A stretch of 60,876 bases of DNA, filler included, from Hausera hauseri (Eukaryota): the NCBI GenBank assembly GCA_046269625.1. It is 12 parts of 12 records of this genome, joined end to end, with 100 filler letters (N's around TTAATTAATTAA, not from the genome) between each part and the next. Parts side by side here need not be neighbours in the genome. Positions count along the whole stretch, not along the records: positions 37,197 to 42,558 come from JBJURY010270952.1; positions 42,659 to 46,808 come from JBJURY010733877.1; positions 46,909 to 51,245 come from JBJURY010629552.1; 9 more parts are not named here. The stretch is one strand, 5' to 3'. The notes beneath the pieces are model-generated. The model saw nothing but the letters and a program-made list of their open reading frames with translations, was not told the origin of the DNA and searched no databases. Below, in pieces: positions 38,798 through 51,345 of this stretch (its first letter is position 1; every line of letters begins with the position of its first letter). The translations under genes and the position numbers were made by a program.

Positions 38798-39259
38798 TTC
38801 ATTGACACGACCGTCGGTGAGCGGTTTTTGGGGCAGCGGACCTGGGATAGAATACAGTTTCGAGTTCTCCCAGATGGTTAATTTTGATTATGTGATGAGG
38901 TATTCTTTTCGAGTATAATATTCCGTGGTCGTTTTTTGTTAGTCCTTGGTCAATAACGTTCATTTTCTGTAGTACTCCATATTGTTTCGTTCTTTCATAA
39001 GGGTCTTCATAATCGATGGGCTTGAGGTAGATTTCGGACTTGTATGACATGACTGATTTTCGGTCGCAGTCTTCATATACTGATGCGGTTGGTGGTAAGA
39101 TGGGCAATGGCGCGTTAATCACTGAGTACATCTTGCGCATCTTTATTCTGGAACTCGCTTCTCCTCCCTTAGGCTCGTCATCATCTTAATCATCCTTTCG
39201 TATTATTGTTTTTTGTTTTTACGTCTATATAGAATCGAGGGCTTCTCTCGTCGTTTGCG

Positions 39260-40818
39260 ATTATAGTACCCGATGTGGCGTTCTACGTCATTTTTCCACC
39301 GATTTTCTTCGTAGGCCTTAAGTATTTTTCAAAAAGGTGTGATAATTGCAGTTAACATTTTGCAGGAAAATCCTGTTAATGTGAATATTTCATATTCGTT
39401 GCTGATGGCTTGGATTACTGCTTTAATTAGCTGAACTAAAAAGTAGATGGCTAGGAATCCCGATGCAGCTTGTCCGAAAATCAGAAACCTTCCCCAAGTC
39501 TTATACAATATTTCTGAAGTTACTCTTTGATAGTGATTAGCGCCGAGTAACGATTTCCATTTTGCTTGAAAGCGGGTGTCGTCCATGACCATTGACATAG
39601 CACGATTCAGTTCATAAGTTCTTTGTCGCGGAAATGCTAAGAATTGCCTAAAAGCTTCTATGTCTTTTGGTCTATAAATACCTTTATTTGCCATGTCCTC
39701 GAACTTGTCTTCTGATAATCCTTTGATTAGATTTGTTCCGGTTAGCTTACTAGGGGCTGCAGCAGCGCCTCCATTAGGTAAAATTATCCAGTCGGTTCCA
39801 CTACGTCGGATCATGGGTTTACCTAGGCTCATTTTGCATTCCTTCAGTATTGTTGGTTTGGCATCGCTAGTCTCGGCATATTCTCATAAATGACTGGTAA
39901 TTCTTGCATACATCTTTTTTCTTCTACGTTGATCGGCACGTCTCTTTTTTCGCATTCGTAAGTTAATAGAACTTCACCGGTAACTCGCCCGAAGATACCT
40001 TCTTTCATTGGCATAATTGGTGATGCCAATTCTGGGTTGGCATAAATTAAGGCCAGTTTGGTTCTCATGACTTCAGTATCTAATCTTCAGTCATTCGTTA
40101 TCATTTTGTGGTATAGTTCTGCTATTCGAGTCTGTCCTTTGTAATAGAAATAGTCGTCTAGATTTTTGAGGTAATCCTCGATCCGCACATCTTGTGTTTT
40201 CAAATCGTATGTTTTCAGGTCGATTTCGGTTTCTGCTACAAAAAATGCTTCGTAGACATTTTTGATTTTCAGCGAATAGTTTGGTAACACTATGAAACAT
40301 CGCTTTTAGGTATCTTAACTCGGTTTTGTAAAAATCCACGACTACTATTCCTTCTTCTTTTCCCTTTCCGGTGTCATTCTGCTCCGACGCAGTAACCTGT
40401 GTGCATGTTCAATTTTTTTACTGCCACTTTGTAGGCTTTAATTATCTTCCCTTCTTGGGTTTCTAACTCCATGCCATCCTAAACCATTTTACCGGTTATC
40501 CGGGCTCCTAAACAGTGTTGTCTATCTACGTTCATTGGGATCAATGGTGTGGTTGGTTTGATTATTGAAGAATGACCGTGCATATTACCACAATGAAATA
40601 CGCTGCGGGATCTCCGTATCATGCATTCCATTGCATCCATTGCGATTTATTCGCGCTGTTGATATAGTATATTTTTTTACTGTCTCGAGCTTATGAGGTC
40701 TCGCATCTTCACATGTTTCTAAGTCCATTAAGGAATATTTCTGACCCACCTTGAATTTGTCGCAGTCGTATATAGTGACTGCTCCTATCTGCTTAACTAA
40801 CATCATTTTCGTCAGCAA
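39260..40818 (-). pseudogene. Chuvirus-like (class III-type) envelope glycoprotein
   Basis: YDC..YSLMDLETC; VFHCGNMHGH; G..GRVTGEV....C..C.QELPV.Y; ANKGIY...DIEAFR..LAFP; W..F..FGQAASGFLAIY....LIK..I..I...Y....L.GFS..ML.A. This is the motif order of chuvirus glycoproteins (GYDC..SLL..C, YCGMHSH, AGEV...KC, ELPV, SGIY, MFP, FG..SAG). Confidence 0.82.
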
Positions 40819-41164
40819 GTTGATTAATCAATTGGATTCGTTTCCTTTGTTCAGAGATATTTCGTATCATGTCCTCTAACTTATTAGTCCCTTTTGTATC
40901 CTCCTCTTTTTCGAATAATTTAGTCCATTTTATTTCTTTAGGTACCCTTGCAGCTTTTCTAGCTAATCCAATTGTATTGTCAAATTCGTTTTCCCGAAGA
41001 GGGTTAGTTCTTACTGCTAAATATATCAATACTTTCCTTAATTCTTCCATCGTATTGTGTATCATAATTCTATCAATTACTGTTTCGTCAGGGCAGGTGC
41101 TTTTAGATAATTTAAATCTCGAAGTTTTCATTGTCCGGGTTATATTATATATTAGTCTTTCCTT

Positions 41165-41728
41165 CTAGGATAATATGTCGCCTTGGAGTCCAGTATAATT
41201 TACTATCCTAATTAGGTCTTTCAATAGCTCAATTAGTTCTTCGTTATCTGAACTCGGGGTTGGTACCGATAGTTGTCTCAATTCCATAATTAGGTCTGCA
41301 TTATAGTCAATTTCTTTTATTTTTCTCGGTCTTCCGACCGGTCGTTTCGGTTTCATTGGTAGTAAGGCTTCACTTAGAGGAACTAAGTTTTTATCATATT
41401 GCGTATTGTCATCATCAGTCTGTAAGCATTCGAAATACATTGCGGTATCCTGAATCCCCATGATTCTTCCGACGCAATGTTCTGTATGTGCCTTTCTCAT
41501 GGCATCATGTTTGGTTTGCTCATTATTCGATTTTCTTCGAGGGGTATAATTTCTACGTCTATTAAGGATTCTAGCTCGTCTAATATCCTGCCCCTGAAAT
41601 AGAGTCGGTAATTAACTCCTTTCCTACTATCCTTATCCATTATCCACTGTTTTGTATCTTCAACGGTGGTATATAGTGCACTCAAATTCTTCGTCGTCCA
41701 TCTCTTCTGATGATACTTTCACCTTAAT
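41165..41728 (-). pseudogene. Ubiquitin-like domain (split by a 1-nt frameshift) followed by an AT-hook
   Basis: IKVKVSS..EEFECTIY/TTVEDTKQWIMDKDSRKGVNYRLYFRGRILDELESLIDVEI vs ubiquitin [50 protein letters not shown] at about 41320-41347. Confidence 0.68.
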
Positions 41729-42553
41729 TTCCGCTTCTCGTTTATTTTTCAACAAATTGGTACATTCTCTTATTAGGAGCTTGGGTACAGCGATGTATGC
41801 GGTGTTTTCACTGGATAGCTTGGTCAAGGTTGGAATCAATTTCCTTAACCTATTATCACTTATGTTTATGTTCAACACACTGCTCAATTCCTTTTCAGCT
41901 AGCGTGGGATCAAGTAGCATTTGTACGTTGAATTTCGTTTTCTGGGTTCCAATAGGTGACTCATAAATTTGTATTGGAGTCCTTTGACTTTTCTCATTTA
42001 AGCTTAGGAGGTATTCATCCCAATCTGCACTATTATCCGCGTCCGGTAACTCGTAGTTCATTAATGCCGCGTTTCCAACCTGGACTCTTTCGCGTAGTTC
42101 TCTTATCTGTGGTTGCAATATTTTCATTACAGATATACTAAATGCATATCCGTTTCCACAAGCTTGTTGTATCAATTTTATTAATCGGCACATTTCTTCT
42201 GGTTGTATCAAGGCATTCTCCTGATAGTTAGTCACTTCTGCGATTCTGTCCCTTTGCCATTTTTGTATAAATTCCATTTTGTCGTTAATTTCAGATTCCG
42301 TAAGGGAATACTTGTTCTTGTAAACTTCCGTTTCTCTCAGTAATTCGTTTAGTTCATGCTGTCTTTTCTCGGAGCGCCGCCGGGTTTCTTTTATCAGACG
42401 TATTGGATTTGTCAATTGTCTGGCTACTACTTCGTCAATTTCTGCCATTTCTGTTAATAGTGAGATTAATTTGTGCGTTTGATTTAATACGTCAGCGTCC
42501 GGATCTATTGCGTCCGTTAGCCTGCCTATGAACTTGGCTTCGTCGCCCGTCAA
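41660..42553 (-). CDS. Helical/coiled-coil-like ORF of unknown function (N-terminally truncated)
   Basis: 297-aa open frame rich in E/K/R/L; no capsid or zinc-knuckle motif recognised. Confidence 0.55.
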   Translation of the reverse strand: MTGDEAKFIGRLTDAIDPDADVLNQTHKLISLLTEMAEIDEVVARQLTNPIRLIKETRRRSEKRQHELNELLRETEVYKNKYSLTESEINDKMEFIQKWQRDRIAEVTNYQENALIQPEEMCRLIKLIQQACGNGYAFSISVMKILQPQIRELRERVQVGNAALMNYELPDADNSADWDEYLLSLNEKSQRTPIQIYESPIGTQKTKFNVQMLLDPTLAEKELSSVLNINISDNRLRKLIPTLTKLSSENTAYIAVPKLLIRECTNLLKNKREAEIKVKVSSEEMDDEEFECTIYHR

Positions 42554-42658
42554 CTGATNNNNNNNNNNNNNNNNNNNNNNNNNNNNNNNNNNNNNNNNNN
42601 NNTTAATTAATTAANNNNNNNNNNNNNNNNNNNNNNNNNNNNNNNNNNNNNNNNNNNN

Positions 42659-45653
42659 TTTTGGCATTGGCCCTCAGCTATATGTTGAATGCAATGTATG
42701 GCTCCAGCCATTTGGACTGGCTGAAGGAGAGGGCACGATGGATTTTCATGGCTTGGAGTCCATTCTTCAGAGCCTGTTGGAGGTTGATATAATGGGCTAC
42801 ATACCTGTTCCGGTTTCCGAGGTGGCACAGCAGCTTCTTGTGCTTCCCATTTGGCGGAATGCCGGTCTCCGGCAGAAACGGCAACTGCTCATGCTTATTG
42901 TGGATACTATGAGGGCATTTCACATTTACCTCCAGTATGTAGCCCGTATTTTCATTGGGATCCATACTTTAAATATGCAGGACTTGTGGCTGCTTCGCCC
43001 ACTGAAAATTATCGTAGGGCAATGGGTCACTCATTTTCCATCAGTAGAGATTGTTTGCATCTAGGTATGCTATATATGATTATTCCTTGGGTGCATCATA
43101 GTCTGCCATGTACTTATTATTGGCCTCTCCATACCGCTGAATGGTCTGACAGATTCGACTTCTGATGCCTGGCTCCATCATAAGGATCATGTTATATTCC
43201 TTCAAGATCTGGAGCCTTATTTTTGAATATTTTAGCATTGCTGCCCAGCTCATGCCTTGGGCACTGAAGAAATGGGCCGGGTTTAGCTTGTGACTCTTGA
43301 GAATGACATCCCGGAAACTCTCGAACACATCTGTGAGCAGGAGAACATCTGTCCTGAGGTATACATCGCTGTATTCCCTAATAGTCGTGCATTGGAATGC
43401 GTCCCAGACATTCAGCGCATGCTGGTAGTCAGCATCACTGATATCGCTTTCTGTTAACTGGTTATAAAAGCCATCCTTGGGAGGTAATGCTTCTTCATCC
43501 AGTGATTTCCGTGATGTTATGTAGTAATATGGGAGCACTACCGTCCTCTTGACAAGGTCAAAGGTTGTAGGGAAAAACATCTTCGTCTCCTTGAGTTCGT
43601 CCAATGGAAGGTTCTTTACGAGACTGTCTAGCGATGACGACATGAAGCGGAAGTTGTCGATGAATTGCAGCTTGGTACGTCCCACATGCTTTGTGAAGCT
43701 GATATATTTGTCTTCACTGTTGGGTATTACATAGATATTCTCAGGGATATTACCAAGTACACCGACTATAAAATGGGAGTCATAACCACTGAGGTTCTTG
43801 AATATGACAGGTATATATGAAACTGCCCTGCAGCGTAAATTGCAACTGTTGCATGCTGCGCCGCGATACATGCCAGTCGTATACAATGATCCCGAACTTT
43901 GTGATTTTCCATAATGAATGTCTCTTTGCACATGTAGATGTTGTTGTCTGGTACCATTTGGGTTTTTCTCATCACCATATCATTCTTATGCTGCTGCCTT
44001 TGATCTTCTAATTTGTGTGCCACATTTTCTAGCCACTTCATGAAATGCAATGCTATATCTGGACCCCTATACAAGAGTGGCTCCTTGCCCAGCCCTTTTG
44101 CATACATGCAATAGGATGACAGCTTACGATACTGATATGCTGTCGTGCTCCTTCTCTGAGGATTTGAGCTGCAACTCTGGACTGGTCTAAAAATAGCTTC
44201 AAAATCGCAGTATAGAACAACTGGCACCTTGAGCTGCTTCTCGAATTCCTTAAATTCGAGGTAATCCTTCTTGGGGAACTCCAACCTCATGCAATAGTTA
44301 TTATTGCAATAGAGTTTGTGCTCATGTAACTTCTCCAATGCACATTCGCCACTGAAATGAGACAGGTATCGCTTGCATATATCGATTCTTCCATGGTGAT
44401 TTGTTATTGGGCTTCTGACTAGTCTCTAGAAACGTTTTATCCAAATAAAATGCTTCGTTTCACCATCGATTAGTAGCTGCAAGTTCTTGTGATCATCTAT
44501 CTCCGTTTTGCCCACCTGTAGAGGAAATATTTTATCTGCATCATCCACTCCAAAGATGTTTATGGACATTTAATTAATCCGAGCAAACTTTTTGGTATCA
44601 TCTAAGGATGGTGGATATTTGATGCTTTCGAAGTCGTAATTGTGTTGGATGTTGGTATATGGTACCTGAATCGCGTACTTAAAGCACATGTTGTCACTGT
44701 TTTTCACATTGCCGCATGATTCTTTCAGTGCAATCCATTCGGAAAGCGAAATGTAGGAGCTGCCTTTCATTCAGAATGTTTGTGCACAAACACAAGTAGT
44801 CATTTGATTGTTGCCAGGGTCCAGCTGCACTTCTTCTCCTGGCTTTCCTCCGCTTCATGCATCAGCTTTCTGTGTTCTTCACTGATCCAGTCCCAAATAT
44901 TAGTGACTTGCAATACGGGTATATTCTTTGTTTTGAAGGCCCTATTTGCTTCCTTGCCATCGGTATTGGTGAATGTCACCATCAGTTTCATATTACCTTT
45001 AAGGGCGTGCATCTCCATCAAGTTCTCCTGCAGAATCCCAAAGATTTATTCCTTTGAATACTCCAAAAATTCACGGAGGGTTGTTTGCTCCGTTGCTGGG
45101 ATATTATATCTCCGGACTTTCCTCTTCAAAGCAGCGCATCAACTGCTCGATATCTCTGACTCTTTAGCGGGTCATTAGTTGCTGCTGCTGGGCCTCGTTT
45201 TGATCCACTGCGCTGCATCACGAATTCAGTGTGCTGCGCCATGGATCCATTATGCTGCGCCGCGGATTTAGTGCGCTGCACTGATGTTGAAGCCTGAACT
45301 GGCTGTGCCTGCTGGACTGGCTGCACCTGCTAGACTGGTTGTGCGACATCTTTCTTCTCACTGGACTTTGTCCTGAAGTCACATAAATGAGCTTTATGTG
45401 ATTCATAAGAGGCCATGTAGTCAGAGCCGCTACATACCTTCTCACATCCTGAACATATGAGAAACCGTATGCGATTTAACACGTACCCGTAATAACTTTG
45501 CATTGCTGGATGACATGTATCCGGTTTGTGCTTTGTTGATATGCAAAAGGCATACATACCGCATGTATTTGTTGCTGCAGCCTGCATTATCGGTTTCTTC
45601 TTTTTAGATATTTCCTTTTTCGCCTTTGTAAACGTATTCAATATTTGGTCCAT
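42659..45653 (-). pseudogene. Protein-primed PolB copy 2 with a single N-terminal Cys/His domain (C-terminus cut by contig end)
   Basis: VLYCDFEA, KVRDHC..TGMYRGAACNSCN, NLSGYDSHF, YSDVYLRTDVLLLTDVFESFR, GYILEV, SQSKWLEPYI.FN; ORF 45330-45653 carries the Cys/His motif. Confidence 0.92.
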
Positions 45654-45699
45654 AAAGATTGTAGGACACGCTGAATCCGACGATGAAATCAGACTATCG

Positions 45700-46690
45700 A
45701 TTTTTGGACAAAAATCGGCTTTTTATTTTAGCACATTTTCCATAATCTGATGTTATATTCCGATTCCGCATAAGTGAATTTCTATCCCTCTACTCTTTTA
45801 GATTTTCCGATTTTTCCTTCTCTTCGAATAGAAAATCAAATATTCGAAAAATTCGATTTGTATTCGAGTTTTCGAATATCTAACGTCATAATCGAATACA
45901 GCATATGTTAGTTTCTATGTGTGTACGCTTTTAAAATTTTCGATTTTTACTTGCTTGTGTGCTAAAATCAATTTTATAGGTTTTGTCGGAAAACCGTTAT
46001 TATTGATTGAAGCACACTTATACATGTGCTACACATCTGCAAAGTGCTACATAGACGTAATCACACATGGAAAACCGAATGACGCTCTCCGATTTATCGA
46101 CTGTATAATAGTTGCAAAGTTATGCGATAATATATAGTGAAATTCGAAATCTATTTGACTTGTTAACCGAATATTGAAATTCCAAGATGGGAGTCAGGGA
46201 TTACCACATGGACGTCCTATCCCTCTACACTCTCCGAATTTTTGATATTCGCTTCCTATAGCCTGTAGACTCTATGGGAATTCGAACACACTTGAACTTG
46301 AAACCTTAATTATTCAAAATCGATCCGATCGATTTAAATTCATTTTGCACAGTTGTATAGAGCATCGTGTTTTTAAGCGAACTGCACTATTATGTAACTC
46401 ATATTATCAATATTGGAATTATCGGGAAACCGTAATTATTGATTTAAAACCACTTGCATTGTGCACCAGTTGATGTGCCTCGATGAGCTCTATCGACTAG
46501 CATTTTGTTCCGATCGATTCGATCAATAATGCAGTGTGCAGCGATCAATAAGTGAAAATGCAAAAGTGCCTTAACAACGGTACCGAATGACACGGTTGTT
46601 ATGCATATCTACCGATCGATAGTGCACCGGAAACACTATCGATTGGCACAGTGCACTATTTATTTTGCACATGTGCAAAAAATCGGTTGT
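45700..46690. repeat. Palindrome-rich non-coding block shared with 50150-51245 (inverted) and 59130-59790
   Basis: Collinear matches such as tattccgattc(c/g)gcata, cctatc, ctatgggaa, attgg(a/t)attatcgg.aa.ccg..attattgattt, ctatcga.tagca.ttt. Confidence 0.75.
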
Positions 46691-47729
46691 TAGGTTACAC
46701 AGGAAGAGATGAATATATTTGACCGACACCTAAACGATCAAACATGGAAATATGTTGATGTTGTTGCAGTGAGCTAAAGAAGAAACCATTAATATAAAAT
46801 ACTGAAATNNNNNNNNNNNNNNNNNNNNNNNNNNNNNNNNNNNNNNNNNNNNTTAATTAATTAANNNNNNNNNNNNNNNNNNNNNNNNNNNNNNNNNNNN
46901 NNNNNNNNAATTAAACAAAACTTTTCAATATGTGCTCTTTTTAATCTTTTCTGATTTTTAACAAAATTTAGTAATGAAAAGATGAAACAATATTATATAC
47001 ATTTATATTTTTATTAAAAAATACATAGCACAAAATCCAAGTAGAACTGTAAGTTCACCATCACCGTCTTCCGCCTTTTTTCTTCTTCACAAATACTTTT
47101 ACACGCTTCATTAATCATAATGCATCGACATGTGAATTTGGCATTTTGATCAAATGTTAATGGTGCAGTTGATATTGGTAAAAATCTTTTACTACCTATA
47201 ACTCCATTTACATATATATTCGCGAGGATTTCAATACTTTTTTCAAACTTTCCTTCACGTTTCGACTGGCAATCATCATTCTCAAATTTTCTTCCAATCT
47301 TAAATAATTTGGTTTTTCTGTATGGTATATTGTTCGGGGGTTTTCTGGTACGTAATCAAAATCACAGTAATATCAAATTATAAGGTAATTAAAAATAAAC
47401 ATTAAGAATTACCTTTGTTTCGTCACTAGATAATAACGTACAGCAAGATGGAGATTCAATTATTCTTTTCTGTTCATTTAAATGTTATATTCACATTTTG
47501 TTAATAACCCTTTTTCTCATAAAAATGATCCTGACCTCCAAGTTACTTCGGATTTATGTCACTAGGGGGATATAATATAAGCGCCAATTACAGATTCACC
47601 CTATACGAAAAAATAAAAATATAGTGCCAATTACGGATTCATCCCATCGTGGAATAAAAACAAGTGCCGTACTGACTTTTGTTTAAATGGACATATTTAG
47701 TAGGGAGGGATATGGTGCTTTGTTCCAGA

Positions 47730-50110
47730 ACTTCCATTTTTCCACTACTAAAGTCGATATATAGCTGCAACCACATTGACTGGCTGAACTGCAGGGCCTG
47801 ATGGATCTTGGTGACTTGGAGCCCATTCTTCATAGTCTGTTGGCGATTTATGTAATGGGCGACATATCTTCCCAGATTGTCCAAATGGCACATCACCTTC
47901 TTAAATTTCCTATTATATGGCTGTGTCCTCTCTGGTAGAAAAGTCAGCTGTTCATGCCTTCATGCCACTTCCAATTTGTAGCCCGTTTCTCCATTGGGAT
48001 CTAGATCTTGTATTCTGATGTCTTCAGGCTGTTCCATCCGTTTGAAATTATCATATGGCAATGAGGCGCTCATTGCCCATCAAGCAGGTTGTTGGCATCC
48101 AAATATATTATATATGCGGATGGCTTGGATGCATTATAATCTGCCATATACATGTTGTTAGTCTTAATATATCTGTGAATGACCTGGCAAATTCCTCCAC
48201 AAATACTTCAATATCTAGAGATTGCTGCCAAACTCATTCCTGGTGAGGTGAAGAAATGAGGTGTATCCAATTTATGGCTCTGAAGAGTTACTTTTCTGAA
48301 GCTGTCGAAGAAATTAGTTAGCAGCAACACATCCATTTTGAGATATCACTATATTTTTCGACTGTTTTACACTGTAATGTATACCAGACCTTTCGCGCAT
48401 GCTCATAATCACCATCAGTAATATCTGAGTCTGACAGCTGATTATAAAGTCCTTCTTGGCTGGCAATGATGTTTCATCCAGTGATCTGCATTATGTTGTG
48501 AAATAGTAGGGGGAAACTTCATGCCGTTCGACCAAGTCAAATGTAGATGGAAAAAACTTCTTTGTTTCCTTTAGTTCATCTGAATGAAGATTCTTGACGA
48601 GGATATCAAGAGATAAACTCATGAATCGGAAACTGTCAATGAATTGAAGTTTTCTGTCTCATGCTTGGTAAAAATGACATATCTCTCCTCACTGTTTGGG
48701 ATGCCATAAATATTCCGCTCGACATTGCCAAGTTCTCAGACTATGAAATGGGAATCATAGCTACTCAGATTGTGGAAGATGACAGACACAAATGTTACAG
48801 CCCGCCACGTAAATGGCATAAATTGCATACAGTACCTCTATTTTTCTGTTACATGGCATTGATCACACACCTTGTAGTTATCTGCTGTGAATGTTTTGCA
48901 ACATATGTAACATGTTGTTGCCTTTCTCCATTCATTTTCTTCTATTGATATAACGATACCTTTAGGCTTCATACTTTCGATCTTGTGTGCCAGTTTTTCC
49001 AATCTCTGCATAAAATGATGTGCTGTATTTGGACCTCGAATAAATATGGCTTTTTGCCCATTCCCTTTGCATACATGAAAAATGATGACAGTTCATGATA
49101 TTGGTATGCTGTCGTATTACTTTCTTAAGGATTTGGACTACAAGTCTGAGCTGGACTAAGGATAGCCTCAAAGTCACAATATACGACAACTGGCACTTTG
49201 TGCATTTCCTCATATTCTTTGAATTCAATATAATCTTCTTTGGGGAATTCCACTGTTGCAATACATTTTGTGTTCTTCAAACCTCTCCACAGCTAAGTCA
49301 CCACTGAAGTGAAATAAGTATCGTTTGCAGATTTCAATTCTGGTAGTATGCTTTGTTATTTGTGATCTCACTGGACGTTCGAAGTTTTTGATCTAAATGA
49401 AATGCCTGTTTTCACCATAGTCTAACAGGAGCAGATCCCTATAATCCTCGAATTCAGCTTTACACACTTTAAAAGACATCCTTTATCCGTTTCATCCACT
49501 CCAAAGAAATTGATGGACATCTGGTTCACATGTTCAAATCTTTCGATTTCATGTATTGTTGGTGGGAATGTAATACAATTGGAATCATAATTGTGCTGAA
49601 TATATTGATATATTGAAACACGATTAGCATGCTTTTGATCCTTTACGACTGTGGATTTTGAAAGAATGGAATATGAAGCACATGCTATCGTCATTTTGAA
49701 CATTGACGCATGCTTCTTTCAGTGCAATCCACTCCGGAAGCTTTATATAAGAGCTTGCAGCATCGGGGAGAACTTTTCTACATAAATGAACAATCGTTTC
49801 ATGGTTGCAAGAGTCCACCCGCTCTTCTCGTTCTGGCTCTCCTCAGCTTCACGTATCAGTTTGGCATGTTCCTCGTGCAGAAATTCTGATATATTATTGG
49901 CTTCCAATATTGGCTTATTTTTCGTTTTGAAAGCCCCATTTGATTCTTCGTCCTCAATATTTGTGAATATAGCCTTTAATATTAGATTGACTTTGAGGGC
50001 CTTCAGCTCAATCTAGTTATCTTGTAGAATTCCAGCAGTTTCATTCTTTGAATAATCCAGGAAGTCATGGAGTGTTGTTTGTCCTGTGGCAACTATGACT
50101 ATCGCCTCAC
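47730..50110 (-). pseudogene. Protein-primed PolB copy 3, heavily decayed and truncated at both ends
   Basis: SSYIKLPEWIALKEACVNVQNDD, MSINFFGVD, CHLDNLGRYVAHY, FSQSMWLQ.YIDF; homologous to copies 1 and 2. Confidence 0.88.
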
Positions 50111-50149
50111 TTTTGTTTTGAATGCATGTAGTATGAGAATGTATGTTCG

Positions 50150-51245
50150 CACTCACCTGCCCCTGGGGGAAGGGGTAATCGATAAAATCAATTTTGCACA
50201 TGTGCCAATCGATAGGGCACCCCATGCTCTATCGATCTTTGGTGTGGCAGGCAACGGTGCCCTTAAGCGCCGTTGCTAGGCACATTTTTGCACATTTGAC
50301 AAATCGATATCTGCACATAGCGCAATTGATCGAGTCGATCGGGGCAAGGTGCTAATAGATAGTGCTCTTCAAGATGCATCGATCTGTGCACAGTGAATGG
50401 GCACTGCACATTTGCAAGTGTGAAAAAATCAATAATATCAGATTTCCGCAAATTCCAATATTAATCATTGGCACGCGGCACCGGGTTCAGTCGAGTGCAT
50501 ATACAATGCACTATGTGAATATGCAATTAGAATTTAAATCCATCGATTGGTTTTCGATAAAATGCAAACTGAAGGCTAACATATATAGGCCTTTCCGGTA
50601 TAAAATAAAAATCGATAATATCCATACTGAGCATGTACTCGTAGGTAGTGCACCCGGTGCACTACCAAACTGGAAATACTCAATGCATGGGTATCTTTGG
50701 GCACGGTTGCCATGGAACTTTTACACTTTTCATATTTTTGTCGCTGTAGGGCCCAGCATTGCTGGCATCTATAGGGGAACCAAGTGCTAGTGGATAGAGA
50801 ATTTCGAGGTGCATCTTGCTGTGTCCGGTTCAGGTGCACCGCACATGTGCAAGCGTGAAAAATCAATAATATCGGACTTCCCGTAATACCAATATTGTTG
50901 CTCTATCAATCTATGGTGTGCTATGCACATTTTTGCACATTTGACAAATCGATATCTGCACATTGCACAATTTATCGTATCGATCGATGCAAAGTGCTAA
51001 TAGATAGTGCTCATCAGGATGCATCGACCTGTGCACAGTGCAGGAGCACTGCACATGTGCAAGTGTAAAAAATCAATAATATCAGATTTCCGATAATTCC
51101 AATATTGATTATTAGGACATGCGACCGGGTGTGATCAATTGGAAACACGGTGAACTATGTGAATGTGTAATTAGAATTTAAATCGGTCGAGTGGATTTCG
51201 AATAATATCGATTCAAAGTGCAAGTGAGGCAGATTTCCCATAGGT
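50150..51245. repeat. Non-coding block with a ~645-bp direct duplication
   Basis: gcacatttttgcacatttgacaaatcgatatctgcaca at about 50280 and 50925 with ~280 bp of continued similarity; third partial unit at about 50830-50900. Confidence 0.85.
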
Positions 51246-51345
51246 NNNNNNNNNNNNNNNNNNNNNNNNNNNNNNNNNNNNNNNNNNNNTTAATTAATTA
51301 ANNNNNNNNNNNNNNNNNNNNNNNNNNNNNNNNNNNNNNNNNNNN

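Larger units (their letters stand above)
37197..42558 (-). mobile_element. Gypsy-type retroelement with UBL, AT-hook and chuvirus-like glycoprotein upstream of protease-RT (both ends truncated)
   Basis: Continuous same-strand run of decayed ORFs; component motifs are listed in the following features. Confidence 0.8.

Noticed and set aside
50362-50866. ORFs of 142 aa and 96 aa within the non-coding block
   Set aside because: Frames are not preserved in the duplicated or inverted copies of the block.
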